Below the pieces are notes generated by a model. It was not told the DNA's origin. It made no database searches and saw nothing but the letters and a program-made list of their open reading frames with translations. The translations under genes were made by a program, and so were the position numbers. A DNA stretch of 54,993 bases, filler included, from Circinaria calcarea (taxonomy: Eukaryota), in the NCBI GenBank assembly GCA_051942165.1. It is 4 parts of 4 records of this genome, joined end to end, with 100 filler letters (N's around TTAATTAATTAA, not from the genome) between each part and the next. Parts side by side here need not be neighbours in the genome. Positions count along the whole stretch, not along the records: positions 13,806 to 27,498 come from JAVECS010000480.1; positions 27,599 to 41,259 come from JAVECS010000481.1; 2 more parts are not named here. One strand, written 5' to 3'. This document shows, in pieces, positions 24,313 through 35,800 of the stretch (positions are counted from its first letter, which is position 1; the number at the start of each line of letters is the position of its first letter).

Positions 24313-24554
24313 ATGATGCGTTATTCATATTCAGAGAAAGTCACTCCGAGGTCAAAAAGGAAGAATAGGGTCGGGGGGATTGCACCCTGCCCATATCAAG
24401 GTGTGGTAGGATCTTCGAACCAAATTTCCATGTTTTCTTATATAAATTCCATTTGACCAAACTTCTATGTTTTAAGCTTGTTTCAACGCACTGCCGCCCC
24501 ATTTGCCATCCCTTATCAAGACCAGATGCAGATATACAGAACCTATAGAATCCG

Positions 24555-27240
24555 CTAGCATATCCCAACCGGCCAGCTTCCCGGTGGATAACAATTCAAA
24601 TTAAAGTTGCTGGTTTTCTGTGTGCCAAACAAGCTCATCAACACCGGATTAGTGTTGAATGACAAAGATAGTCCGGCAGCAAGACCTCGAGAGGTATCGA
24701 ATTGTAGCGCACCCGTAACTGTGAATCGAAGTTAGCCTTTGTTATGGAGAAACCGTAGCGTCACTTACTGCCGCTTAGAACGGTGCCCTGAACCCCAACA
24801 GTTGCATTTACACCATGATCCCCATCGATGAAATAATACATCTGTATCACACCGGGTATGTTCTCCTGATACGTAGCGATGGCTTGGTACAAAATACCAC
24901 TGGCGTCCGAAAGGAGATACTCGACTGACAGCGTCCGCGGGTTAAGACCATCAATCTGGTAATAAATCCCTTGGTTTGTGTTTGCCGCGATATACAAATG
25001 CTCCCACCAGACGCAAGCTGTTCCTGGATTGAGGATTTGGGCAGGAAGTTTCAAGATATCTAGGTTATCTGTGGCACCTTCGAGAATTGATGGAGCACCA
25101 TTGAGACTGAGTCCGCCGATAGTGAATAGCTAAAACCCTCATCAATCTCCTGCCATAATGAATATGCCGGCTGATCTAACTTACTCCATTGGTAGTGACA
25201 GTAATGCTTATACTACTCTGTGTGTACAAGGATATAGCAAATGGAAGTTCGATTTGCTTTTGAGTTTGGTCAATGGGATTAATTGGGTCTGATATGATAA
25301 TTCCTGTTGGGCTTGACAACTGGATAGCAGCGGTAGCCGCTACCGAAACGGGCAATGTAGCCGAGACTGCTTTTCAAGGCGAGATAGGCAGATTAGCAAT
25401 CGGAGGTAGGGTGCCGTACGAAATAGGTACGATATGTCTAACGGCGTTTCCAATGTGGAAATAAATTGGAGAGGTCTAGATGTCCAAAGTAGTGGTAGGT
25501 AATGGAGTGATCGAGGGAATTGAAGTACATACCAGTGGTTGATGCCGCTGTAAAAGCTGAAGATGAAGAAGAGGAGTCGGTTGCGGAAGAGGAGGTAACT
25601 GCTGTGGAGGACATGATTGACGAGAAAATGATTGTTGGCAAAATAATGCCGGGCGAGGAAGAGATTTTTGGCAAGGTAGTGCTTGGAGAGGAGGAGATGC
25701 CTGAAAGGGAGGAAGTGATTATTCCGGAGGAGAGAATTGACGAGGAAAGGACTGCCGAGGAATAGTCGATTGACGAAGACGAGGTAACTGCCGAGAAGGG
25801 ATCAATTACTGAGAGCGACGTAGCTGCCGAGAAGGATTCGGTTAATGAAGAGATGACTGCTGCGGAGGAGATGATTTCTGTAGAGATAATCGGTGTAGAA
25901 GAGGCGTATATAATAGAGGGAATGACTGACGAGGAAGGGATAACTGGCGAGGAAAGGGTGATTGGGGAGGAAGGGGTGACTGGCGAGGAGGGGATAACTA
26001 GTATGGAGGAGATGGCTGACGAGGAGAGGATAACTGGTATGGAGGAGGGCACCGCTGCGGAGGTGATAACTTCTGCTGAGGACGTGACTGACAAGGAGGA
26101 GGAAGTTGAAATCAATGTGCCCGAGTCTAAAACGGACGAAGTGATGGAGGTAGACGAAGACAGGAAGATAGAGGATCCACCGAAGCTCGTGATACTCGAG
26201 AAGCTCTCGCTGGTAGAAACCAACGGTGACAAGGTTGATACGGACGGGGCCAAAATCGACGCGGATCTGGAGGTAATGGTACTGAAAGTATTGAACTTGG
26301 ACGACAAGGTGGAACTCGTGATGCTCGAAGATGAAGCAGAAAACCCAGAACCGCTGTTGACACCCGAAGACGGCGACGAGGAGGATGTCACGGAACCTAG
26401 ACTGCTTGTACCATTACCAAGGAGTGAAGTGGAAGGGCCTTTAGTTGGGTCCAGTGCATAAGTGACGGAAGATACCACAGGAGTTTGCGACAAGGTAGGA
26501 GTCTTCAAGTTATATATCAAAATGTATGCAGAGGATCCGCAGACTTCGGTCTGATTCCCTCCACATGCTGTATCACACAAATCCAGACTCCTCTGTACTC
26601 CCGTAAACTTGGAACTACAGCCGCAGTGGACAGCTTATTATCTAATTAGCATCAAACTTGCACAATAACAAGATTGGTATTTACCTTTCTCAACACCGAA
26701 GAACGCATACCCGCTGCAGGCGTCCGCACAAGATTCAGGCGTCAAATCGGTAAAATCCCCTACTGGTCCATCGAACGGGTACCCGGGGCTCTGGTAGCAA
26801 CCCTCAAGGATATACGACCCACCCCGACTATTCGTTAGACTGGAGACGGCGATCGCTGTAGGCATTACCGACACGGGGTCCAAGGTTGACGGTGGAGGAG
26901 TGCTGGTACTGACAATAAAAGGAATGGAGGAATAACCCAACTGTAGCGAGGATGACTTCGAAATGGACGACAAGGACAAAGTGGGGATACTTGGGAAGTA
27001 AGGGGTCGAAAGCTCACTGCTAGCCGAAGTCGAAAGCTGTATGCTCGAGACAGGCAATCCGTTTGAGGTACTAGAATCCGTAAGATGAGCACCATTAGCG
27101 GTTCCATCGCTTCCTAGGGCTGTTGTAGACAAGCATGATTCGGCGGGCCTCCGAACTGTAATGGTAATTGTAGCGCTATCGACCACCGTAGTGAGTAAAG
27201 GAAGGAGGACGAGCGATGCTCGCCAGTTCTTGATCCTCAT
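24555..27240 (-). CDS. Secreted WSC-domain protein with long Ser/Thr stalk and a C-terminal globular domain, multi-exon
   Basis: Signal peptide MRIKNWRASLVLLPLLTTVVDS. WSC cysteine pattern YILEGCY...ESCADACSGYAFFGVE..C.CG...CDTACGGNQTEVCG. About 300 aa of S/T-rich stalk. C-terminal exons LPFAISLY..VTTNG / WEHLYIAANTNQGIYYQIDG / ...GIC* are joined by GT-AG introns. Confidence 0.85.
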
Positions 27241-27498
27241 AACTGCGACTTTGCCTTCTCCTAGGTAACCACGAATATGCCATTTCGGGCCGAAAGAACC
27301 CACATAAAATGGGAAAAGGCAGAAGTGTTGATATCAAGCGCGCCAAGTGCTCCGAGGACAAGTTGGTGCTGGAATGTAAATGGTAAGCGAGCAGTATGAT
27401 ATATCCCTCGATATAGAAAGGAATGAGATGATAATGTGATACAGAGGAATACCCCCCGTTTATTGCTTCAACTCACACTTACACCGCTTTGAAGTCGA

Positions 27499-27598
27499 NN
27501 NNNNNNNNNNNNNNNNNNNNNNNNNNNNNNNNNNNNNNNNNNTTAATTAATTAANNNNNNNNNNNNNNNNNNNNNNNNNNNNNNNNNNNNNNNNNNNN
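27499..27598. other. Artificial contig linker (N44-TTAATTAATTAA-N44)
   Basis: Same structure as 13706-13805. Confidence 0.99.
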
Positions 27599-27600
27599 TC

Positions 27601-28773
27601 GGTGCAGATTTTCTTCCTCTGTCTGGTGCGGCGGACTTTGATGGTTCCAAAGTCAACGACATTTGGCCAGAGCGCACCAAGCTAGAGGGCGCTGAGAGGT
27701 TTTCCTTGGACTTGCGCAACTTTTTCATCAGCAAGATCCCGACCCAGTATGAAGTAGTCCAAAAGTTCCTAGCAGATTCCGCTGCCGTGGGGGAACAAGT
27801 GGTTATCATTCAAGACACTACATTTTTCGGTAATGTCCCAGTCCTTCTAGGCGCACCTGGTCTCCGGCCGGCAGCATTGATTGCCATTGGTATTTCGCCA
27901 CTGCCTATCACTAGTATCGACACTGCACCCTTTAATACTGGTTTACCGCCTGATAGCTCGCCTGAGGGCCGTGGTCGCAATGCTGGCATGAATGCCTATT
28001 TCCGCCGGGTCCTTGATGCCCCACAGGTAGCCTGGACCGAGACCCTGAAGAGTTTGGGTGCAACAAACGTCGACGGTTGGTTCTTCGACGACGTAGTGGG
28101 GAAGCCGGACTACTATTTGCAGTTGTGTCTAGCAGAAGAAGAATACTCTAGATCGGATAGTCCTAGAAACTTGAGATATGTCGGGCCACTTCTTTCGGAG
28201 CCTCCAGCCGACTACACTCTACCTTCATGGTGGGACATGGTCGTCAAGCATGAGAGACCCTTGATAGTGGTTTCGCAGGGAACCATTTACAGCAGTCCGG
28301 AAGAGCTTATCATACCAACCATCACTGCCTTGAAGGATCTTGATGTGCTTGTCGTCGCTACCTTACTCGGCTCCGATAGCCTTAAAGAGTTTGAGCTACC
28401 TCCAAACTCTCGCGTGATGAAATCCATTCTGTTCAGTCAGATGTACAAGCATGCAGATGTGGCAGTTAGTACTGGAGGATACCCTCCAGTCCAGCAAGCT
28501 TTTGGCCTCGGAGTCCCTATGATCCTTGCGGGTATGTCCGAAGATAAACCGGAGGCCAACGCTCGTCTGGCTTCGACCGGTGCAGCGATAAACCTTGCTA
28601 CCCAGAAGCCGCAAATTTCTCAGATGCGGGACGCTGTCGAGAAGGTCTTGTCAATACCAACATACAGAGCACGAGCTGAAGAGCTGAAGAAGGCCTATGC
28701 CAAGACGGACGCTTGTGGAGATGTGGCTACCATCATTGAAGATTTAGCGTCTAGGGTGAAGCAGATCTCGTAG
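27601..28773 (+). CDS. UDP-glycosyltransferase, GT1 family (5' truncated by contig edge)
   Basis: The frame is open from the contig start (GADFLPLSGAADFDG...). Motifs LPSWWD, VVSQGT, LIIPTITALKD, the sugar-nucleotide box HADVAVSTGGY..VQQAFGLGVPMILAGMSEDKP, and GAAINL. Confidence 0.92.
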   Translation, partial: GADFLPLSGAADFDGSKVNDIWPERTKLEGAERFSLDLRNFFISKIPTQYEVVQKFLADSAAVGEQVVIIQDTTFFGNVPVLLGAPGLRPAALIAIGISPLPITSIDTAPFNTGLPPDSSPEGRGRNAGMNAYFRRVLDAPQVAWTETLKSLGATNVDGWFFDDVVGKPDYYLQLCLAEEEYSRSDSPRNLRYVGPLLSEPPADYTLPSWWDMVVKHERPLIVVSQGTIYSSPEELIIPTITALKDLDVLVVATLLGSDSLKEFELPPNSRVMKSILFSQMYKHADVAVSTGGYPPVQQAFGLGVPMILAGMSEDKPEANARLASTGAAINLATQKPQISQMRDAVEKVLSIPTYRARAEELKKAYAKTDACGDVATIIEDLASRVKQIS

Positions 28774-29658
28774 GTACTGCAGGCGACTTTAGCGAGAGTA
28801 TCGATGGCGTGTGGGTTATGTGCGTGCTCGTATTTGATACGCAGTACATAAGTAGCGAGACTGAGGGTGCGCCAATAGATTAGGAAATTTCCACGATACT
28901 ACTGCCGCAATACTGGTGATTGTCAAGGGGATCTTAAAGCGGTCTTGAAATGAAGCAATCCCCTACTTGGCAGAAAATACTCAGTGGTTTCTCGATATGG
29001 TACCTTAATGCTTGTTATTTACTTTGAGTTTTTAAGACCTTTGTCAAGAATAGGGGTTCTACACTAGTGGAGGAACTAGCATTCGGAGCGGTTGAATTAA
29101 CCACCGAGCGCATATATAGTAGAGGTTTTCTGCTGTATAACTCCATAGTGAAGTCCATACACATAGAGTGGTAGTTACCATAGCCAATACAAGCCTATTC
29201 CACCTCCATTATTTCACAATCTTCTTGGAGTTTATTGATTGTATCAGGAAAAGTTGGGGTATTCGCTATGGTACCCAGGTAAGAACTGGAGGATTCATTG
29301 TAACGTTGCGCAACTCGCTTCGATCACTGCACTATACTTCTATTGGCATGTTACAGAATAGGGCTAGACCTATTGCTGGAACAAGCACTCCTTCTCAGAG
29401 CTGCCTCATGCAACCATAGCTTACTGTTCCTACCACCAGGGGCACAGTCATGGTGGTTCCGAAGGTCTTAATGCCGCAGAAGCTGACAGCCACATCAGAT
29501 ATAAATCTTCAAGGCATCCCCACTTTGGGGGATTATTTACTACTCAGAAATAGCAGATGTTGTCGTAATATTCTTTTCTTCCTAGATAGAACAAACCAGT
29601 CTTTCTCAACATCCACTAGACCATCTACTGCCATCAAAGACCAAATCCGCCTACACCA

Positions 29659-30783
29659 ATGGGTTCTTTACTCGTGGACGATGGCGCGAATAGCATGCTG
29701 GCATTACGAGCCCACCAAGGCACCAACACCACCTCTCTTGACGCTATCGATATTCCACAGCTCGGACCAGAAGACATTTTGATCCGTATTGCTTCTGCAG
29801 GCCTTTCCCCGGGGGTTTTCACGCTTCTAGATCGTGGCGAGTACAAAATTCTTCCCATGACGCTCGGCCACGAGGGTGCAGGCACAGTCAGTGCGGTGGG
29901 GAATGCTGTCTCCTCGTTTACTGCTGGAGACCGTGTCCGAATTTACCCAAGCTTATCTTGCAGGACATGCAAGTATTGTCGAAGCAACCGCGAGCAAATG
30001 TGCTCGGAATCAGGTATTTTAGGATTCTCGGCGTTTGGAAAAGGGCCTTTACCTCTCTACGAAAAATACCACGATGGTTGTTTGGCTCAGTATGTTCGGG
30101 CTCCTTACTGGTTGCTGGACAGACTTCCCGACAATGTGAGCTTCGACGTCGGTGCGAAATTACAAGACTTCGCTACCGCCATGCACGCGCTACGGAGTGC
30201 AAATCTCACCATTGGCTCCACGGTCATTGTTGCCGCAGCGACAGGCACCATGGGTACTGCCACTCTCAAACTTGCGGAGTTTTTCCCTATCAGTAAACTG
30301 ATTCTGATCGGTCGCTCCTCGGAGCGCCTCGAGGCTGTGCGGAAACTAACCCACCTACCCACGGAGATTGTCGGTCTAGCAGACCTGGGCAAGGACTGGC
30401 CTTCGACAAAAGCGCTTGTAAGGAAACTCCGTCAGCTCGCGCCAAGCGGAGTTGACGCCATCATCGATTACACGCCCTCTGGCAACGATATCTGGCAGAT
30501 GATGGGTGGCCTTGCAATCGACGGCACGCTCGTCCACGTGGGAGGTAACGTTTCTACAATCCCGTTACCGGCTGTTGCCATCATGGTAAACTGCTGGAAG
30601 ATCGTAGGAGTGCGAGCGAACACACGGGAAGATTCTTCAAGGGTTCTGGAACTGTTGGCGGATGGTCGGTTGAAGGTGGACGATTTAATTACTCACCGCT
30701 TCCGGCTGTCAGAGGTCAAAGATGCAATCTCCCAGTTTCGAAGCCGCTCACAACCAATGTGGATGTCTGTCATAAATCCATAG
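29659..30783 (+). CDS. Zinc-type medium-chain dehydrogenase/reductase (MDR), intronless
   Basis: LGHEGAG, GDRV, structural-Zn CxxCxxCx7C (CRTCKYCRSNREQMC), Rossmann AATGTMG, and LITHRF.L near the C-terminus. Start may be the ATG at 29695. Confidence 0.9.
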   Translation: MGSLLVDDGANSMLALRAHQGTNTTSLDAIDIPQLGPEDILIRIASAGLSPGVFTLLDRGEYKILPMTLGHEGAGTVSAVGNAVSSFTAGDRVRIYPSLSCRTCKYCRSNREQMCSESGILGFSAFGKGPLPLYEKYHDGCLAQYVRAPYWLLDRLPDNVSFDVGAKLQDFATAMHALRSANLTIGSTVIVAAATGTMGTATLKLAEFFPISKLILIGRSSERLEAVRKLTHLPTEIVGLADLGKDWPSTKALVRKLRQLAPSGVDAIIDYTPSGNDIWQMMGGLAIDGTLVHVGGNVSTIPLPAVAIMVNCWKIVGVRANTREDSSRVLELLADGRLKVDDLITHRFRLSEVKDAISQFRSRSQPMWMSVINP

Positions 30784-31050
30784 ATTGATATGATAGGTCG
30801 AACTTACCTTTTACATCTTCACTGCACACCTGGGTCACTAGCATTGTATTTTTTATGAGAAACCTTAAATCCTGCTTAGTTACTCACAATAAGGTCTTAA
30901 ACCGAAATCTATACGCCCCTTATGTTACTGATTTTTGTGCAATTATTTTTGAATTTTGATACGGACATAATCATGAGTTAAAGGGTTTAGCCTCATTGTA
31001 CTGCTTGACTTGTTCTTTTCGGTCCTTTAGTGGGTACAAGCTCTAGTCTT

Positions 31051-32511
31051 TTAACTCAATAAGGGTTGTACAAGAAATCTCCCTTGTTGTGGACTCTGAC
31101 CGTCCAGGCTTCTGGGACCCATGGGAGGATTATTCAGCTCTCTCTTCGCATTTTCATATGCAACCTCCACATCTTCGTTCCAGATCCATTTCATTCGCTG
31201 GCTAAGATTATCTCTGATGATGGGGACACATTCTTCAAAAGTTTTCAGGCCGAGTTCGCCCGCTCGCATCTGGTGCGTCTCACCTGCATTTCGGGACGCG
31301 GCTTGCGCTCTCTGTGCTCGAGGGAGCCGTACAGACTGATACAAACTCATCCACTTCTGAAGGCTTTCGCCGTGTCGTGAACTGGAGTCGAGGTAATCTG
31401 CAATAGCTTTCCCCAGGACAAAGCCATCTTCGATCGACTGACCTGCCCCCGCACCTAAATTGCTGTTCGTTAGAAGAGTTGATATGTCTGCGTGAAAAAA
31501 GTTTGCTTACCCTGGAATGGCAGCATCGCATGAGCCGCATCTCCCAGTAGGATAACTCTCCCATCGGCAAAAACCCATTGATCCAGCGGCTGGCGATCAT
31601 TCAGCAGCCATTTGTGAGGCTTTTCCGGCATCGCCTGAATGATGTTTTGCACCGTTGGTTCGAAGTCATTGAAAGCTTTCTCCATTTCCGACCGATCACC
31701 GAGGAACGTCCAACTCTCCTTGAGGTCGCCCAGTTCTTCCTCCGGCGTCCTGATCAGTCCGATAACATCAAATTGTTTGTTCTGATCCACGGGATAGGCG
31801 AAGAAGTGCTTGTTTTTACACAGCCACATCACGGCCGAATAAGTCGGGAACGGCCAATCCTTGACGCTCTTCGTCTCCACCAGATCTCTGAACGCGAGGA
31901 TGCCGCTGTACCGAGGCTTGTCCGCGATATACTGAGCTCGGAGCTTCGAATGGATACCATCGCATCCGATGGCTATATCTGCTGTTGCACTTGTACCGTC
32001 TTTGAAGTTGAGCGTCACCGAGTTTCCGTTGTCCTGTTGGTACTCAGCATCATCGTGGTACAACTATCGTGTTCTGGCCCACCTTGACTCCCAGGCAAAT
32101 TTTGTTGGTGTGCACCGTTGCGGCTTTCCGTTCACGAATGGTCTCGAGAAGCAGATCCAGGAATTCCGATCGAAGGATCGAGACTTGTCTGATTGTCCCC
32201 TCGTCGTTCATGGGCATCACCACAATCTTCTCGCCGTTATCATATCGGCGGAAGGTCAGCCAAACATCTTGGTGGACACCATCGATTTTGTTGATCGCGT
32301 CTCCTAATCCAAGGCGATGGACCAACCTTGCGGCGTTGATCCCGAGAGCGATACCGCCGCCAATCGACTTGTACTTTGATGTCTGTTCGTAAATGTCGAT
32401 TTGGACATCGTGACCGACGCAATGGTGCTGGAGGGATAACGCAACAAACAGGCCGCCGATGCCTCCGCCAGCAATGGCGATCCGGAAGGGTTCTTTGGTC
32501 CCGGTGGGCAT
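31051..32511 (-). CDS. FAD-dependent monooxygenase (salicylate-hydroxylase-like, group A), 3 exons
   Basis: IAIAGGGIGG (FAD Rossmann), IGCDGIHS (DG motif), LLGDAAHAMLPFQG / intron / AGAGQSIEDG (GD motif), and YQSVRLPRAQRAQ. Confidence 0.92.
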
Positions 32512-33222
32512 GTTTGTTCTAGTTCCAGGGACTTTGAAGCAAAAATAGGAGAAGATTGGTATCTCGAAATGCCTCGGTGACTAGAAATCTTTTATGAGAA
32601 AATTCAGGATGCATTGCGGGATAAGAGCTTAAGAAGGGTCTTTAGGTATGAGATGGGCTTACGACGCAGTGAGATCCCTCTAATCCTTTGCTTCATGCTT
32701 TCGTTCCCAGGGGCTTCGATAAAGCCTTTGATAAGAGATGTCGATGGGTAGTCAGGGTAACATTTTGGGAATTTCTGAACTCGGCAGAATCGGTTGCATA
32801 CCGCGCAGCAGGATCTCGAGCACCAGCTCACTGGCACCTTTTTCTTGCCCTATGAAAACTCCAATCCAGAGGGGATTTGCGATTCGACCAACTCGGCGTA
32901 AGCCGATGGATAAATGCTGGAAATCCAGATCTCGTGCCGCATCGAGCTCTGTCGAGAGTCTTTGATCCCCACCAAGTAGGACATAAACCGGTTAACTCAA
33001 ACTTCTTTAGTGTTTCACCGCAACCGCAAAGATTTTTTATGTAGAAAACTAATTTCAATTCCGAACCGGAGAGGGAGACAATAAATTCTAGAGGAGTCAT
33101 ATTATATAACATTAGGATAATATACAACCCAAAGACCAATCTACAGCTCTATTGTTCGCATCCGACCGAATTACACCATTATCTTTGTTGGACGTCCTGT
33201 TTTCTCGAAACCCGGGCCCCTT

Positions 33223-33953
33223 TCAGCCTCTGCTCCAACAAAATCCATCTTCACCAACGACCCACGCTGTAACGGTTACCTGGGTTCTTCCGGAGTTGGG
33301 TACAAAGCTTGCGAGGATGAACTCCTGGGATAAACTGGTGTAGTTGCCTCCAATGTCAATGAGCTTTTTGCAGATGGTGGTTAGCACTCCTTACCCTCCC
33401 AGATTCATACTAGCTTTCAAAGTGCTGTGGAACAAGAAGAACAGCGGTTGCTTACAATGCTCGTGTACGGCTGCCCTTGGGTACCTCGACCGGCTTCCGT
33501 GATGAAAAAAGGCACGGCATCATCGGTCAACCCGTAGTAGTTGATTGTGGGCCACTGCAAGGTCTGATCGTTGTAAAGCTGGGGATACGCAACACCGCCC
33601 GTGATAGTACCTTGAATAGCACCGGTAAAGGTGCCGTTCTCGATGGGGACAACTAATACATGATTAGTGGGGTTCCGATTACGCAAATCGAATGGGTGAA
33701 AACAAAATCAACAAAGGTCGAACCCAAGCCCTCACGAACAAGCTCGGTATCAACAGGACAGAAACGGATCTGCTGGTGTGCACTTACCGACACGAACGCC
33801 ACCTGGAATTGGAATGACGAGAGGTGGGAGGACATTCAGAGTAGCGGTAAAGAGCGGAGTCAAGGATGGAAGTGGGGTCCCTTGGCCAGCGACTACAACT
33901 ACAACCGCAGCGGTGACCCAAGCAACTAAGGTGCACAGGGAGGAGAAATGCAT
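33223..33953 (-). CDS. Small secreted DUF3237-like beta-barrel protein, 3 exons
   Basis: Signal peptide, then LTPLFTATL..IPGGVRV / VPIENGTFTGAIQGTITGG..YYGLTDDAVPFFITEAG.G / IDIGGNYTSLSQEFILAS. GT-AG introns; TGA at 33223-33225. Confidence 0.7.
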
Positions 33954-35139
33954 TCTTGCGGCAAAACCTCTATGCAGGATGATACGAGGTGACGAACCAG
34001 CGACCTGGGAGTGATGGAGATGAGGGAATTACCAGGCACTGGGAAAAGTGGTTTATATACGATAACTTTTTTAGACCACGTCGGACCACACGGTACTCCA
34101 ACTTGGAAAGCGAGAGATCATAGCCGTGGCTACCACCAGTGGTGTGCGCCATACCTCGTGGCGGAAATGGATCGTCTCATCATGGAGACTGGAGAACGGA
34201 ATAGAAGAGACGGTTGGGATGGAATATGTCAGCTCCAGCACATGTCTGGAAGCTTGTGGAGGCGGTGCAATATCCCGTAAAGTGCAAACTAAAAAACAAG
34301 ATAGGGAGCATCATGACTCACGGCTGATTATGTCTTTGCAACCCCCCAATTCATCGATAGTAAGTTGGTTGCGGAACAAATGCCTTGCTGAAGGAGAAAC
34401 GGTTTCCACATATCATGGCCCAATCAAATGTTTGGAAAACATCTTCAGGCTAATGCTACGATGAGTTTGAGACATGTGGCTCTTGACGGTAATCGTGCGG
34501 CAGGATAAGCACGTTTCGTATATCAGTAGCAGTTCCTTGGCCTCCGCGTTATGTAGCAGGAACGGCGAGACAAGGCTAGGCATCAGATGCTGACAACTGT
34601 AAAGGGTCAATGGTATTCAGGTCGGCGTGATTTCAGTCTTTGGCCGACAGGTAAAAATGATAGCGGACTGGGCGGTTCCATATTGAGGTGTGTAGGCCCT
34701 AACTTTGAGGTTGCATTGTCCAGCTCACAAAAGCTTAAATGCAACGAAGGAGCCCGTTTTCTAAGGCGGATAAGGCGGAGGCTGTGCATAGCGCGGAGCC
34801 CTTAATGAAAACGGGCCTCCTCTGTAATATTACCGTACGATTGATGGCTTGAAACAGCCACGTCACGCTACTGCAATGACGCGTTGCGGGGGATCTTCGC
34901 CGAGGCTGACTAAGCTTAGTATGGTTCATATAATGATTGGAGGGTACTGGTAAATTTGTCACACCGCTTCCATCATTAGTATGGAGGTAAGGTGAATTGT
35001 TGCATTTCGATTCTCTTTGCCTACACTCGTGTAGCATAGGTAAGGTGGGTCATCATTTAGAGGAGGCCCTCCAACGCCTTGGCCGTTTTCAATATCTCTT
35101 TTTATAGTTAATTAGCTTAGGTCTAATGATCGAAGTCGT

Positions 35140-35800
35140 CTACCTAACGTCGAACTCGACGCTATCCTTTTGGAAGCTATAGTCTGGATTATGTTCCTTG
35201 GCGGGGGTTGCCTTCGCGGATAACATGACGCCTCTCAGGATTGGCCTCGGGTACGATGTCCAGGATGGCTTGAGGGGGAGCTGTGGTCGGCGAGGCCGAG
35301 GAAGCCGTTCCCGTCCGCTTCCATGGGGTACTCGACAGCGTAGGCGAAAATGCGAGCCAGGTCCCGCGCATCGGAGTAAGGCTCGGTGCTCACAATCTTC
35401 GTGATCTTCTCCTGTGGACTTGAGACTTGGATCCCCTTTGAGGACGTTGTAGATGGGCTTGAGGGTAAGTGGGAGGTCGTTTCCTGAGGCTGGTAGTTGG
35501 ACCGGCGGACTCGTCACAATCGCACCGCACACTCGGCAAATCCCTGGAAGCAATCTCACGAGCGTTCTGCGCCCTTCTCAAGTCCCATATGGTTTGTTCA
35601 GCTTTCACTTTTCCCACCGGGTACGCAATGTATGCCGGTGTGGCTTCGCCTAGGTCGGCACCATTCGAGGATGGACTTTGTTTCCATGAAGGCTCGGTAC
35701 ATGTAACAGGCAGTGTAGCTTCAGGTTTGATGCACCCTGCTGCCGATGAGGTTCACGCGAAGGATTCGAATTGAGGCCCAGTATGAGCGATTTCTCAAGA
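35140..35800 (-). pseudogene. Frameshifted pseudogene of a Gre2/aldehyde-reductase-II-like extended SDR
   Basis: Fragments in shifting frames: GPQFESFA*TSSAAG..TEPSW (stop at 35753-35755), AYPVGKVKAEQTIW (YxxxK), PPVQLPASGNDLPLTLKPIYNVLKG, YSDARDLARIFAYAVEYP.EADG, PPQAILDI...PERRHVIREGNP. A possible N-terminal remnant (SRGFAVRG) lies near 36200. Confidence 0.75.

Noticed and set aside
25370..25532. Apparent premature stops in the WSC gene
   Set aside because: They fall inside a GTATGT...GCTAAT...AAG intron; splicing restores the frame.
25520..26461. Plus-strand Glu-rich ORFs (81 aa and 202 aa)
   Set aside because: Antisense shadows of the Ser-rich stalk codons of the WSC gene.
33970..35100. 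Several 60-110 aa ORFs between the DUF3237-like gene and the reductase pseudogene
   Set aside because: No motifs or consistent splice structure; likely promoter or intergenic DNA.
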